Shown here piece after piece: positions 48,881-61,932 of a stretch of DNA of 64,000 nucleotides. The stretch is from Squalus acanthias. Lineage: Eukaryota. The position numbers and the translations under genes were made by a program. The stretch spans positions 2,668,001 through 2,732,000 of the forward strand of contig JASTWF010000036.1 in the NCBI GenBank assembly GCA_030390025.1, in the 5' to 3' direction. Within the stretch, counting starts at the first letter, position 1. Every line of letters begins with the position of its first letter. The notes under the pieces are model-generated. The model made no database searches, was not told the origin of the DNA, and saw nothing but the letters and a program-made list of their open reading frames with translations.

Positions 48881-49596
48881 CATGGTTTTAAGAAAGGGAA
48901 ATCATGTTTAACAAATTTGCTGGAGTTCTTTGAGGATGTAACAAGCAGGGTGGACAAGGGTGAGCCAGTGGATGTGGTGTATTTGGATTTCCAGAAGGCA
49001 TTCGATAAGGTGCCACATAAAAGGTTACTGCATAAGATAAGAGCTCACGGAGCTGGGGGTAATATATTAGCATGGATAGAGAATTGGCTAACTAACAGAA
49101 AGCAGAGAGTCGGGATAAATGGGTCATTTTCCGGTTGGCAAACAGTAACTAGTGGGGTGCCACAAGGATCGGTGCTGGGGCCCCAACTATTTATAATCTA
49201 TATTAATGACTTGGATGAAGGGATCGAGTGTAATGTAGCCAAGTTTGCGGATGATACAAAGATTGGTGGGAAAGCAAGTTGTGCAGAGGACTCAAAGAAT
49301 CTGCAAAGGGATATAGACAGGCTAGGTGAGTGGGCAAACATTTGGCAGATGGGAGTATAATGTGGGAAAGTGCGAGGTTATCCACTTTGGCAGGAAAAAT
49401 AAAAAAGCAAACTATTATTTAAATGGAGAGAGATTACAAAATGCTACAGTTCAGAGGGACCTGGGGGTCCTTGTACATGAAACGCAAAAAGTTAGCATGC
49501 AGGTACAGCAAGTAATCAAAAAGGCAAATGGAATGTTGGCCTTTATTTCAAAGGGGTTGGAGTATAAAAGCAGGGAAGTCCTGCTACAACTGTACA
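48881..49596 (+). mobile_element. Internal CR1 RT fragment, head-to-head with the previous CR1
   Basis: HGFKKGKSCLTNLLEFF...GVPQGSVLGP...FADDTK...VLLQLY, with no 3' tail. Confidence 0.88.
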
Positions 49597-51660
49597 ATCT
49601 GCCAGGTGCTACTGTAAGGGGTGGCACCTTTCCACACAAGATGAAGCAAAAAATTGGAGAGTAGATTGTACATGGCCTATTGAAGTCAATGGAAAGTAAA
49701 ATCAGGCAGGGAGTAAAACGGGCGGCCAATCTGATAGTCAGTTTCCCACCAGGTGAGTTAGGTTAAAATTACCCCTAAGTTAATGCTATAATGTTCTATA
49801 ATGATTATGAATGGAATGTAAACAGGTTGCTGAAGTCACTGGTGTACAAATTCCATATGCTAGATCCATGGAGTGGCCACTGAACAGAATGTCAGAACAT
49901 AAAAAACCTAATAACTTCTCTTTGATTTATCCCTGCAACTCAAAACTATGGAACTCCATACCATTTGATTACAATCTACATATTTTTAAAACTCAAGCAA
50001 GTTGTTACCTAATTACTACTTCCAGATATCTTTCCACTCCCTTTTTCAGCCTCAATTTCCCAATAATGGAACAAGAAAAGACCATTTGTTCCATCAAGGT
50101 GTTCCTTCCACAGACCGTATAGAATCTGTTTTAGAAAGAAGAGATTAAGGGATATGGTGAAAAGGTGAATAATGGGATTGATCTCTGAAACATAAATGGG
50201 CCTGAGCCTAATGGCCTTCTTCTGTTCCTAATAATTAAGTTCTTTAGTAGAAGAAACCTGCCTAAGTTGCCATATCAGTGAGGAAGAAAAAGCCAGAAAA
50301 AAGAAGAAATACAGGAAAAACACAACAGTCAGCATCTGTGGATAGAATAAACAGCATGCTTGTGCACCAGTATTCAAAACTTTGATGGTCCATGCACAAT
50401 TTCTGAAGCCGATACCAGTCTAATTTCTGAAGCCAATACCAGTCTAAATCTGAGCACTAGTTTATAAAATTGACCTCAACCCTAAGTTATACATTTGCCA
50501 AAATTCCAAGTACAAATGACTTCCTTTCAATACTTTCCAGTTAATCAAAGGTGCTTTGGAAATATCACCTTCCCATTGTACCACAGTGGAACCCAAGGTC
50601 TGAATAAAGTTAACTGGACAACAGTAATTAAGATGAAATATATCTATTCAAGATTTCAGCTATAGAACATTAAACAAAGTTACTGACATTTTCTCAGAAT
50701 CCTTTCTCCGAAAAAGCAATTACTTTTGTCTAGGAAATGAGCTATAAAATCACAAAGCCTTATCATTAAAAAAAATTGTATTGTTTGCAAACGAAGAAGT
50801 GAGTTATCCAACATGTTTAGAATTAGTGTTTCAGGTAGAGCGGCCCATTGACGTACCAGTTACTGTATTTGTGTTCCCATTTCTCATATGTCAATATAAA
50901 GACTGAACTGTAATGCTAAGCGCTCCTTCCTTATTAAGTGGGGGATCAAGGTCGTTTATAGCAACATTTTTTCACACATTTAAACAAGCGTTAATGTCAG
51001 TGCTTCTTGTGAAATGCTGCAACAGTTGGATTTCCTTCTCCCCACCCCGTGACGTGATCGTTCCTATAAATTGTGATTCACTTATTAGAAACCGTAGTGC
51101 AAAGATTTCTACCACAACATGCTCAGACCCTCCTTAAACAATCTATCCATAGCCATATTAACAAAACCTTCAAATCTGAAGCTTGAACATTCCTATCCTG
51201 TTATGTACAACTATGCCAAGAGACACTGTGTTAATGTGATTGTATGAGTTTTATACTGGTTTACATTAAAAATAAATGATCGTATTACTTGCATCATAAT
51301 GGTATGGCTATGGCATATTTTGCAAGTCACATTTATTACAAGAATATCATTTAAGACTTCTTCCTCTTACATCTGAGGAACAGTTAGCTGCATGGCCGGA
51401 GAATGCCAAGTATACTACCTCACAACACACAGCAGCACCCACTCCAACTCGAACATGCACCAGCACAGGAATATCCACTCTGGGAAATTCCAAGCTAGAA
51501 TTAGAGCAGGGAGCACCATGTGAATCATACAGCACAGCTGAGGATTAGTAAGTACAGGTCACAGCAGAGGAGCTGGCTGGAAAGCCAGCTCAAGGCCAAC
51601 CTCAGCTGCAAAGTTGCAGGATTGCAGTCATCCAGGTCCTGTATACAAAAGAATGCTGCC

Positions 51661-51825
51661 TTTTTTAATTTGTTCTCAGGATATGGATGATGCTAGCGCA
51701 TTTACTGCCCATTCCTAGTTGCCCCGAGAAGGTGGTGTTAGGCCTTTTCCTTGAATTCTGCAGTCCCTGTGGTGTTGGTGCTCCATGATGGTGTTTAGAA
51801 GAGAATTCCAGGCCACTGACCTTGA
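51661..51825 (-). mobile_element. Degenerate family B retrotransposon 3' fragment
   Basis: Degraded match to 20684-20860. Confidence 0.6.
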
Positions 51826-52484
51826 GTACTGTCAATTCACACAGTCATTGGAGTGTGCGCGAAGCACCCTGCAAGGTGCTTTGGCCTATGTGGAGGATTC
51901 CAGTAGTCTTATTTGTGCACTGCAGTGCACCCTGGAGTGCATTGGAACCATCCGGGCATCTGTAGCAGAGCCTCCCTTAACAGAGATTTTAAGCACTGCT
52001 GCGGGTTCCCTCAGGAATGTTCGATATTCATGAATCTGTCCTGTCTGGATTCACCATAGAGTAATAGGTCAGACAATACCCTGACATCGGATTTCAACAA
52101 TATATTGAAGCCCTGTGGTCTGTTCCCATGCAAACCACAGGACACACTGAGGGAGACCCTAGAAGTAGGACCATGGTAGTATAAGACATGGATGAGGGTC
52201 TATCTAACAGGGCACCTCAGGATTTACGTTGTCCAAATGTCCCACTCAAGTGAGCAATTTGTGGAACGTGATGGTCAGATTGCACAGAGTGATATACTCT
52301 CATTATAAAATAGCAGCTATTATGTCACACAGTGTGACACCTCTGACATTGAGAATATCTATCACAGTGCTACCTACAGGAGTAACCGGTACTGTAGGTA
52401 CTTACAGTGAATTTTCAAATGAAACACATGTCCCACTGATTGAATTTAACATATAACAGATAAATGATTGCCTATTAAATGTTT

Positions 52485-53500
52485 TTAGATCTGTCTTCCT
52501 TGCTGCAGCTCTAGTGCAGCTAACAACGTTTCAGCCTTGGGTTCAGTAGCAGCATCCGCTTCAGAAGCTTCCTCATCCTTCTCTTCCATCTGCCGCATGG
52601 TGACTCGTCTTCTGAGAGCATAATTGTACAGCATACAGCACACAACTGTCATTTTGGACATCTTTTCGGGGTTGTAAAGGAGGACACCCCCAAACCTGTT
52701 CAAGCAGCAGAATCTTAGCCTCAGCACACTTGTGGTATGATCTAGTTATATCCTTGTGGAGGCATATGTCTCATTATATTTGATTCCAGCCAGAGTCCAT
52801 GGGTTTTGGACTAGAATCACGAGCCATGGCTCAAGAGGATATCCTTGGTCCCCCAGGATCAATTAGTTTAAACTCTGATAAATGATGGTGGTAGTATCAA
52901 CTGTCATTGGATAACTGAGTCATGGCAGCTTTCAGAGTACTTAGCATCTACTTGCATGATGTGGTCCTGATGGTCACGTACAACCTGTATATTAATTGGA
53001 TGGAACCCCTTCCTATTCATAACTACCACAGCATTAGTGAAAGGAGCTCCTTTGGCCACATGGGTTCCATCAATGAGTCCTGCATTCTGAGGAACCCAGC
53101 TACCCTGAAAAAGTGAAGAACCCTCTCCTGTTGCTGGTGATTTTCATTTGGGAAAGTGATTAAAGTCACCTGGCAAACAAGGCACCAGGTGCAGACTGGC
53201 TAACTGACAGATGTCACTGAGGCAGCTTGAAAGGAGCGAGTTGCGTAGAAGGTCAGGCGGTAGTGACTTTCATTGCCATAGGCAGATCCATCCCAATCGT
53301 GGACAAAGTTAGTAGGTCAGTTGCAGGAAATGGCAAAGTTCTGAGACTGTCCCTCTGGTGAAACCCAAGTGGGAAACTCTAATGTTCTCAGGCAAGCCCA
53401 TATAACTCTGGCAGGGTCTATGCATCTGCCTCCTTGGGTTAGAGCAGGTCATTTCAGGCTGCCTCCAATTCAGGAACATCCTGGCTCTGCACATTCCTGC
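52485..53500 (-). pseudogene. Degenerate Harbinger transposase remnant
   Basis: LGFTRGTVSELCH, GFLRMQDSLMEPMW (degraded GFP..Q..ID..H), NRKGFHPINIQV, LGDQGYPLEPWL, LRLRFCCLNRFGGVLLY...VVCCMLYN. Confidence 0.78.
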
Positions 53501-53809
53501 GGAATTCCTCCTAATCCTCTAACTCACAGAGGACAAGAGCAATTCCTAGAGAAATGAACATCTGACCAGTGGTAGCTGTCTCAATTGACAGTGAAACTCC
53601 CTTGAATTTTACGAAGTGAAGAAGAAAAAATTAGAAGAAAGAAAAAATGCAAAATTATACTTTGAATGCAAAAAACAGTAATACACTAAAATTAGAATAG
53701 ATTGGTTATAGAATCATTCAATGGTTACAGCAAAGAAGGAGGCCATTTGGCATGAACAAAATCAAATCAGAAAGGTAAAAATTGTAATTTACGATCATAC
53801 TCTAAATTA

Positions 53810-54795
53810 AGAGGCACAATAAGTTATGCAGATAGGAGCAGGGAGTTACAAAGGGACATAGGCAGACTAAGTGAGTGGGGAAAATTGTGGCAGATGGGAA
53901 AATGTGAGGTCATCTACTATGGATCCGAGAAAGACAAATCTGAATATTTTCTTAAGCAGAATACTGCGGATGCTGGAAATCTGAAATAAAAACAGAAAAT
54001 GCTGGAAATACTCAACAGGTCAGGCAGCATCTGTGGAGAGAGAAACAGAGTTAATGTTTCAGGTCGATGACCCTTTGTCAGAACTGGCACCCAGTTCTGA
54101 CAAAGGGTCATCGACCTGAAACGTTAACTCTGTTTCTCTCTCCACAGATGCTGCCTGACCTGCTGAGTATTTCCAGCATTTTCTGTTTTTATTTCTGAAT
54201 ATTTTCTTAATGGCCGGAGACTAGAAGCTGTGGAGGAGCAACTTCGGACTTTGGGTGTCCAGGTATACAAATCATTAAAAGCTAGTGGACAGGTACAAAA
54301 ATAAATTTAAAAAACTAATGGAATGTTGGCCTTTATCTCAAGGAGGCTGGAATACAAAGGGGAAGCTATAATGCTTCAGTCGTACAGAGCCTTGGTCAGA
54401 TCCCATCTGGAGTACTGCACTCAGTTTTGGGCACCGAACCTCAGGAAATATATATTGGCCTTGGAGGGGGTACAGCGCAGAGTCACCAGTATGATACCAG
54501 GGCTAAAAGGATTAAATTATGAAGACAAGTTACATAGACTAGGCTTGTATTCCCTTGAATGTAGAAGGTTGAGGGGTGATCTAATTGAGGTGTTTAAAAT
54601 GATAAAGTGATTATCATTTTAAACACCTCAATTAGATAAAGAGAAACTAATTCCTCTGGTGGGAGAATGCAGAACAAGGAGGCAGGACCTTAAAATTAGA
54701 GCCAAGCCATTTAGGAGTGAAATCAGGAAGCACTTTTTCACACAAAGAGTAGTAGAACTCTGGAAAACTCTCCCCCAAAAGGCGGTGGATGTTGG
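53810..54795 (+). mobile_element. CR1 LINE 3' region with a nested Penelope hairpin and a fold-back
   Basis: ELQRDIGRLSEW, LEYCTQFW, RRLRGDLIEVFK, FFTQRVVELW. Confidence 0.85.
53956..54195. mobile_element. Penelope-like pLTR insertion arranged as an inverted repeat (105-bp arms, 3-nt loop)
   Basis: Arms 53983-54087 and 54091-54195 are 103/105 complementary. Direct repeat TGAATATTTTCTTAA at 53941-53955 and 54196-54210. Each arm has a hammerhead-like CUGACAA...GAAAC motif. Confidence 0.8.
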
Positions 54796-54818
54796 GCCAG
54801 TCATCCACCTGAAACGTT

Positions 54819-56255
54819 GGCCACGATTTTGCCGGCGCTCAGAGGGCGGGTCAGGTGTTAAAGTTGTAATGACTGACGGCGGGTTGGAAACCCGCCTCCG
54901 TCTGAGTGTCAGGATTGTCGGGTCTGCGATCTCACAACAGAACCAACACCAAGCGGCGGGTAAGGGATTTAGTGCTTATTTAGAGCTATTTTGACAGCCT
55001 TTTGCAATTTTCCAAGTTTTGGGTCAGGTTTCACGACCTTCGGAGAACACGCCAGGTAATTGTGTCGGGAACACCAACGAGCTGGAAACTTCACAGCTGC
55101 AACTGCAGTCTAAAAGCTGCACTCTCAAATGTGGTCAATTTCAAATGTCAGAGGTTGGTGATTTAACAATTTGGTAGACACATTCTGTGTTTAGGCTGCA
55201 AGTATGTGGTGTTAACTCTATATCCACTGTCACCTGCATTGCTGGACATAAAAGGCGCCCTTACCCTTCACTGTGCCACCTCAGATTGTCAGCACACATA
55301 AGGCAACGATGTCAAACATTGATGCAACATTAATTTATTGCAACTTGAGAAGAACAGAAACTTCACAATGAATTCTATCAGAACACCCAAGTGAGAACCC
55401 TTGTGCTTATTTATGTGTCAGCTTTCTCTTACGCGTGCATCTACGTTGTGCTCCCCCTGTGGCTTCAGCAGATGTAGAGACAGCCTGCTCACCTCCCTGC
55501 TGCGCCTGCTTAGACGCCTTTTGTGGTCGTCCTTTGAGTTTTGGTGCCTGTGAAGGCCCCGCCAAAGTCTGCTCCTCCTGCGGCTGCACAGGGGCAGTCT
55601 CGGCCATCACTGCTTGGGTACTCATCTGGGGCTCTGACCGAGGGGATGGAAGTTTGAGTGCTTGGAGAGGAGCCCCCCACCTGCATGCCTCCCACCATCA
55701 TCCCTCTTATGGGCCACCCGCACTTCTCTGCTAGCAAGTAGCTGGAGAGCACCTTGCTGCACATCAGTGGGGCCATGAGGACCCGTCTCTGTACTGACAG
55801 TCCTCATAACAGGGATGTCCATGGACCTCTGGTTCCTCTCCACGATAGATGCCCATCTATCCTCCATAGCTGACCTTCTATCTAGAAGAGTCACCATGTT
55901 GGTTTGAGTCTGGCAATTTATGTCCTCCATGGAGGTTGCCATCCTTTCCATTGCAGAACCCACATTCGCCATTACGTGCACCACAGCATTGCTCATGTTT
56001 AAGATGGACTCCTCCATTCTCTGCACACTCACAGTCACTGTGGTTGCAAACCCAGTCAGAGCCTCCTGCACTTGTTCCTGAAACTCCAGCACCGCTCTCT
56101 TTCTGGATGGCCCCCGAGGCTCAGCATCTACATGCAGCTGAGCAGAGCAAGGAGCGCCCTGCGGCCTCTGACGAGGACTCTCCACTGCTTTCCCTGTCTC
56201 CACCATCTGCTCTTGCTAACTCGTGCGTTGTGATACACCAGGTGACAACACTACT
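54819..56255 (-). mobile_element. Truncated Harbinger, copy 3: one TIR-like end and Myb gene last exon, no transposase
   Basis: GGCCACGATTTTGCCGG and GCGGGTTGGAAACCCGCCTCC resemble the copy 2 left end. ORFs 55622-56206 and 55407-55625 are homologous to Myb exon 3 of copy 1 (MVETG..VES...RAVLEFQEQ...TRKRK). Confidence 0.75.
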
Positions 56256-56959
56256 TTATCTCGCAAACGAAAAAAAAATTCATTGAAATAGAAGAGTCGA
56301 TCTGTAAAAGAACAAAGGGTTGTCTTATGGGTTGATATTGCAACTATTCAGTGGTAATACGGCTGAAATTCATATTAATTGCATGCAAAGATACCAAAAA
56401 AGGGGCAAGGAGAGACAGTCAGCCCATAAATGCTCACCGTATTCATGAGATGGCACAACCTCCTGTACTGTCTTTCTCAACCACTTGTAATGTGGTTACT
56501 CAAACTTTTCAACCTAAAAAGTGAAAGATTTCAATAACTTTACCTGTATGACAAGGCACAAGTGAAATGTTTGTCGTTTGACATCAACAAATGTGTCAAG
56601 ACTGAAAAATAAGAACGTAACATCAAAACCCAGCAGCATTTTTACAGCTTTCCATTATCAAATGTACCGATTAGTTATATCAAATCAGCCATGATCTAAT
56701 TGAATGGCAGAACAGCCTCGAGGGGCTGAATGGCCTCCTCCTGTTCCTATATAGAATAGATCAAATAGTACACAGTTGGAGTGGGATTGTGGGATTTCCT
56801 CCTGCAGTGGTAACTTCACAATTGTTAGCTCTTCAGTGTGGATGTTATCAAGGATCAGCTACATGGAACACGTTGGCCTAGAAATTGGGCCACGTGGCAC
56901 CCACTTTTCAGGTGCTACGCGGCCACCTAAGGCCCCAAACTGGCAAGCAAGAAGAGCAC

Positions 56960-59900
56960 ACAATATTGATAAAAGACACAATCACAACAGCGGAAAGAAA
57001 GGATATTAGTAAGGGTGAAGAGACAGTGGAAACAATATGGATAGAACGAAAGAACAGTAAAGGATGCAAGACTCTGATGGGAGTTGGCTACAGATCTCCT
57101 AATAGTAGTGATGTAGTGATGGGATGTATAAATACGAAGATCAGGGAAGCATGTAGCAGAAACAATGTGGTGATAAGTGCGTTTTAAATTTCACATAGAC
57201 TGGGAGAAGTAGGACAGCTCAAGTAATAAGGGCAATGCATTTCTAGAATGTATTTGGGAAAGTTTTCTAGACAATACGTTTTAGAACTGACAAGGGAACA
57301 GGCCATACTAGATTTAGTGATGAGTAACGAACCAGGATCAGTTAACAATCTGACAGTAAAGGAACATCTTCCAAATAGTGGCCATAGTATGATTGAATTT
57401 GAGATTAGGTTTGAGAGGACAAATCAAGAATCACAAACCGAGGTTTTAAACTTAAGGCAAACTTCGAAGGGATGAGAAATGAATTGACCACAGTAAACTG
57501 GGCTGTGCTGTTAATGGGTAAACCTACAGACAGTGGGATGTATTCAAAGAAGTAATTGGTACAATACAAAACCAGTACATACCCCTAAAAGGGCAAAAGC
57601 TTCATTTGTGTAGTTGAGCAAGCATGGTCAACAAATGAGGCAAGAGACAGTACCAAGCTAAAAGAAAAAGCTTACACAAATGCAAAGGAAAAGTGCAAAT
57701 TCAGCAGACTGGGAGAGCTATAAAAACAACAAAGTGATAGAAAGTAAAAGGGAGTATGAAAAAAAACTTGCAAGAGATATCAAAGCCAACAGCAAAAGCT
57801 TTTATACTTATATTAAGAGAGTGTTAAGGGGGAATGTGGGCCTATGAAAGACAGATTAGGTGATACTATAATGGGTAATAAGGAAATGACAGACTTGTTA
57901 AATGAATACTTTGCATCTGTCTTCACAGTAGAGGGAAGACGACAAAATACCAGTGGTATAAGGGAACCTAAAAATAAGTCAAGAGGAGGAACTTAGTGGA
58001 TTTAATACAAGTTTAAAAAATGGTAATGCAGAAAATAATGGGACTTAAGGTAGACAAATCTCCAGGTCCTGATGGTTTCTACCCTAGGGTATTAAAAGAA
58101 ACAGGTAGGGAAATTGCAAATGTGTTGGTCAGAATTTTTAAAGCTCTCTAGATTCAGGTATTGTGCCCTTGGATTGGAAAATTGCAAATGTCACTCCATT
58201 ATTTAAGACAGGAAGGAGGGAGAAACCAGGAAACTACAGACATGTCAGTTTAACATTAATTGTGGGATGGTTACTGGAATCTATCATCAGGGACAGAGTG
58301 ACTGAGCACTTGGACAAATATGAACTGATCAAAGAGAGTCAGCATAAATTTGTGAAGGGTAGGTCATGTCAGACTAATCTAGTTGAATTTTCTGAGGTGG
58401 TCACTAACAAGGTGGACAGGGGAGTGTCTATGGATACTGTCTATATGGACTTCCAAAAGGCATTTGATAAGGTTCTGTACTAGAGATTATTAGCAAAAAT
58501 GAGAGTGCATGGAATTGGAGGTAACCTTGGGACATGGACTGATAATTGGTTGGGAAGTAGGAGACAGAGAGTAGGGATAAAGGAAACATACTCTAATTAG
58601 TGGAATGTGACAAGTGGTGTTCCCCAGGGATCTGTACTGGAGCCTCAGCTTTTCAGCATATCAACAACAACTTGCATTTATTTAGCGCCTTTAATGTAGT
58701 AAAACGTCCCAATGACTTAGATGAAGAAATAAAGAGTTGTATATCCAAGTTTGCAGATGACACTAAGTTAGGAAGCAGAGTAGGTTGTGTAGATGGCAGC
58801 AGGAAGTTACAAAGGGACATAAACAGATTAAGTAAATAGTAAAATAGAGGTTGGGGAGGGCATCACGAGGGAAATTAGAGAAGCGTGCAATAAGAGCACA
58901 GCTGTCATCATAGGTGACTTTAACTTACATATAGATTGGAATAGCCTAATCAGTAAAAATAATGAGGAGGAGGAATTCCTTGAGTGTTTAAGGGATGGTT
59001 ATCTGGATCAATATGTCGAGGAACCAACTCGGGAACAGGCTATATTGGACTGGGTACTGTGCAATGAGAAGGGACTAATTAGTAATCTTGTTGTACGGGG
59101 ACCCTTGGGTCAGAGCGATCATAACATGATCGATTTCTCACTCGAAATGGAGAGCGAAGAAATTGACTCAGATACTAAGGTCCTGAATTTAAACAAGGGG
59201 AATTATGATGCCATTAGACGGGAACTGAGTAGGTCTGATTGGACAACGTTCCTGGGAGGACTGGAGGTAGATAAACAATGGCAAGCATTTAAAGATAGAA
59301 TGACAAAATTGCAAAAATTGTTTATACCAATCTGGCATAAAAGGAAATCTAAAAAGGTGACTCAACCGTGGATAACAGGGGAAATTAGAGACAGCATAAA
59401 ATCCAAAGATAGGGCGTATAAAATAGCCAAAAAAAGCGCCAGGGCGGAAGATTGGGAACAGTTTAAGATAGAGCAAAGGAGGACAAAGGGCTTAATCAAG
59501 AGGGGCAAAATAGCTTACGAAAGCAAGCTGGCGGAAAATATAAAAACTAACTCCAAAAGCTTTTATAAGTATATCAAGAGGAAAAGACTGGTGAAAACCA
59601 AAGTTGGCCCATTGCAGTCAGATACGGGGGAATATATAACGGGAAATAAAGAAATGGCAGACCAACTAAATGCATACTTTGGGTCAGTCTTTACGAAGGA
59701 AGACACAAAAAACCTCCCTGGGATATCGGGAAAAATAGGGACATTTGCAAAGGAGGAACTGACGCAAGTCAATATCTCTAAGGATATGGTGTTAAGGAAG
59801 CTAAAGGGATTGAAGGCGGACAAATCCCCAGGGCCTGATAACATGCATCCTAGGGTGCTGAAGGAGGTGGCCCTAGAGATAGCGGATGCACTAAGTATGA

Positions 59901-61932
59901 TTTTTCAGAATTCATTAGACTCGGGAACAGTGCCCATGGATTGGAGGGTAGCTAACGTTACCCCACTATTCAAAAAGGGGGGTAGGGAAAAAGCAGGTAA
60001 TTACAGACCTGTAAGCCTTACATCAGTTGTGGGCAAAATGCTGGAGTCCATCATTAAGGATGAAATAGCGGAGCACTTAGCAAATGGGGACAGGATAGGA
60101 CAGAGTCAACATGGATTTACAAAGGGTAAATCGTGCTTGACTAATCTATTGGAATTTTTTGAGGGAGTAACTGGTAAAATAGATGGGGGAGAGCCAGTAG
60201 ATGTGGTGTACCTGGACTTCCAAAAGGCCTTCGATAAGGTCCCACATAAAAGATTAGCAGGGAAAATTGAAGCTCATGGGATAAAGGGGAAAGTATTGAC
60301 GTGGATAGAGAACTGGCTGTCAGATAGAAAACAGAGAGTTGGAATAAACGGCTCATTTTCTGAATGGCAGGCAGTAACAAGTGGGGTACCACAGGGATCT
60401 GTCCTGGGTCCCCAGCTGTTCACAATTTACATTAATGACCTGGATCAGGGAGTCGGATGCAGCATTTCCAAATTTGCAGACGACACTAAACTAGGAGGGG
60501 GGGTGGGCTCAGAGGAGGAGACCAGGAAGCTCCAGAGCGATTTGGACAGACTGGGTGATTGGGCGGATAAATGGCAGATGCACTATAATGTGGACAAGTG
60601 CGAAGTTATCCACCTTGGGTGCAGGAACGGGAGGGCAAATTATTATTTAAATGGCAATAAATTGGGAGAGGGGGAAGTACAGAGAGACCTGGGTGTTCTT
60701 GTACACCAGTCACTGAAGGCGAGCATGCAGGTGCAACAGGCGATCAAGAAGGCAAACGGTATGCTGGCCTTCATAGCAAAAGGGTTGGAATACAGGAACA
60801 GGGATACCTTGCTGCAGCTGTACAGGGCACTGGTGAGACCACACCTCGAGTACTGTGTACAGTTTTGGTCGCCTCATCTGAGGAAAGATGTTCTTGCCAT
60901 GGAGGGGGTGCAGCGGCGATTCACCAGGCTGATACCAGGAATGGCGGGATTGACCTATGAGGAGAGACTATGTAGTTTAGGGATGTACACACTGGAGTTT
61001 AGAAGATTGAGAGGGGACCTCATAGAAGTGTATAAAATTCTGACAGGTCTAGACAGACTAGATGCAGAAGGAATGTTTCCCTTGGCGGGTGAGAACAGAA
61101 CTAAGTGAGTCGGCAAAACTATGGCAGCTAGAATTCAATGTGGAGAAATGTGAGGTAATCCACTTTGGATCCAACACAGGCAAAACAGAATATTTTATTA
61201 ATGGTGAGAGACTAGAAGCTGTGGAGGAGTAAAGAGATTTTGGTGTCCAGGTGCACAAATCATTAAAAGCTAGTGGACAGGTACAAAAAGTGATCAAAAA
61301 CACTAATGGAATGTTGGCCTTTATCTCAAGGGGGCTGAAATACAAAGTGGAGGAAGTTATACTTCAGTTGTACAGAGCTCTGGTTAGACCCTATCTGGAC
61401 ACTGCGTTCAGTTCTGGGCACCGCACCTCAGGAAGGATATAATACCCTTGGAGGGGGGGCAGCGCAGATTCACTAGCATGATACCAGGGCTTAAAGGGTT
61501 AAATTATGAGGACCTGTTGCAGAAACTTAGCTCGTATTCCGTTGAGTTTAGACAGTTGAGGAGTGATCTAATTGAGGTATTTAAAATTATAAAGGGATTT
61601 GATAGGGTAGATACAGAGAAACTATTTCCTCTGGTAGGAGAATCCAGAGCAAGGGGGCACAACCTTAAAATTAGACCCAGGCTATTTAGGAGTGAAATCA
61701 GGAAGCACTTTTTCACACAAAGGGTAGTGGAAATCTGGAATTCTCTCCCCAAAAGGCTGTGGATGCTGGGACAATTAGAGCTTTCAAGACCGAGATAGAT
61801 AGATTTTTGTAGGGTAAGGGCTTCAGGGGATATGGAACAAAGGTGGGTAAATGGGGTTGTGGTACAAATCAGCCATAATCTGAATGAATGGTAAAGCAGG
61901 CTCGAGGGGCTGAATGGCCTACTCCTGTTGTT
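56960..61932 (+). mobile_element. Older decayed CR1 (56960-58833 and 61102-61932) hosting a younger CR1 insert and a short L2 tail
   Basis: APE motifs ETIWIE and GYRSPNS, and an RT with stops. QRDINRL before the insert resumes as SESAKLWQLEFNVEKCEV after it. L2 tail at about 58661-58710. Confidence 0.85.
58834..61101 (+). mobile_element. Internal CR1 ORF2 fragment (partial APE plus full RT), stop-free, with no 5' end or 3' tail
   Basis: Frame is open from 58835 (NSKIEVGEG...IIGDFNLHIDW...) through the 687-aa track ORF to the stop at 61106-61108. Flanked by TAAGT at 58829-58833 and 61102-61106. Confidence 0.9.

Noticed and set aside
50398..50447. 24-bp tandem duplication AATTTCTGAAGCC(G/A)ATACCAGTCT
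   Set aside because: Only two units, consistent with an ordinary slippage duplication.
59045..61108. 687-aa ORF as a host or domesticated gene
   Set aside because: It is CR1 ORF2 sequence with no ATG at the frame start and no promoter or splice evidence. Treated as a TE fragment.
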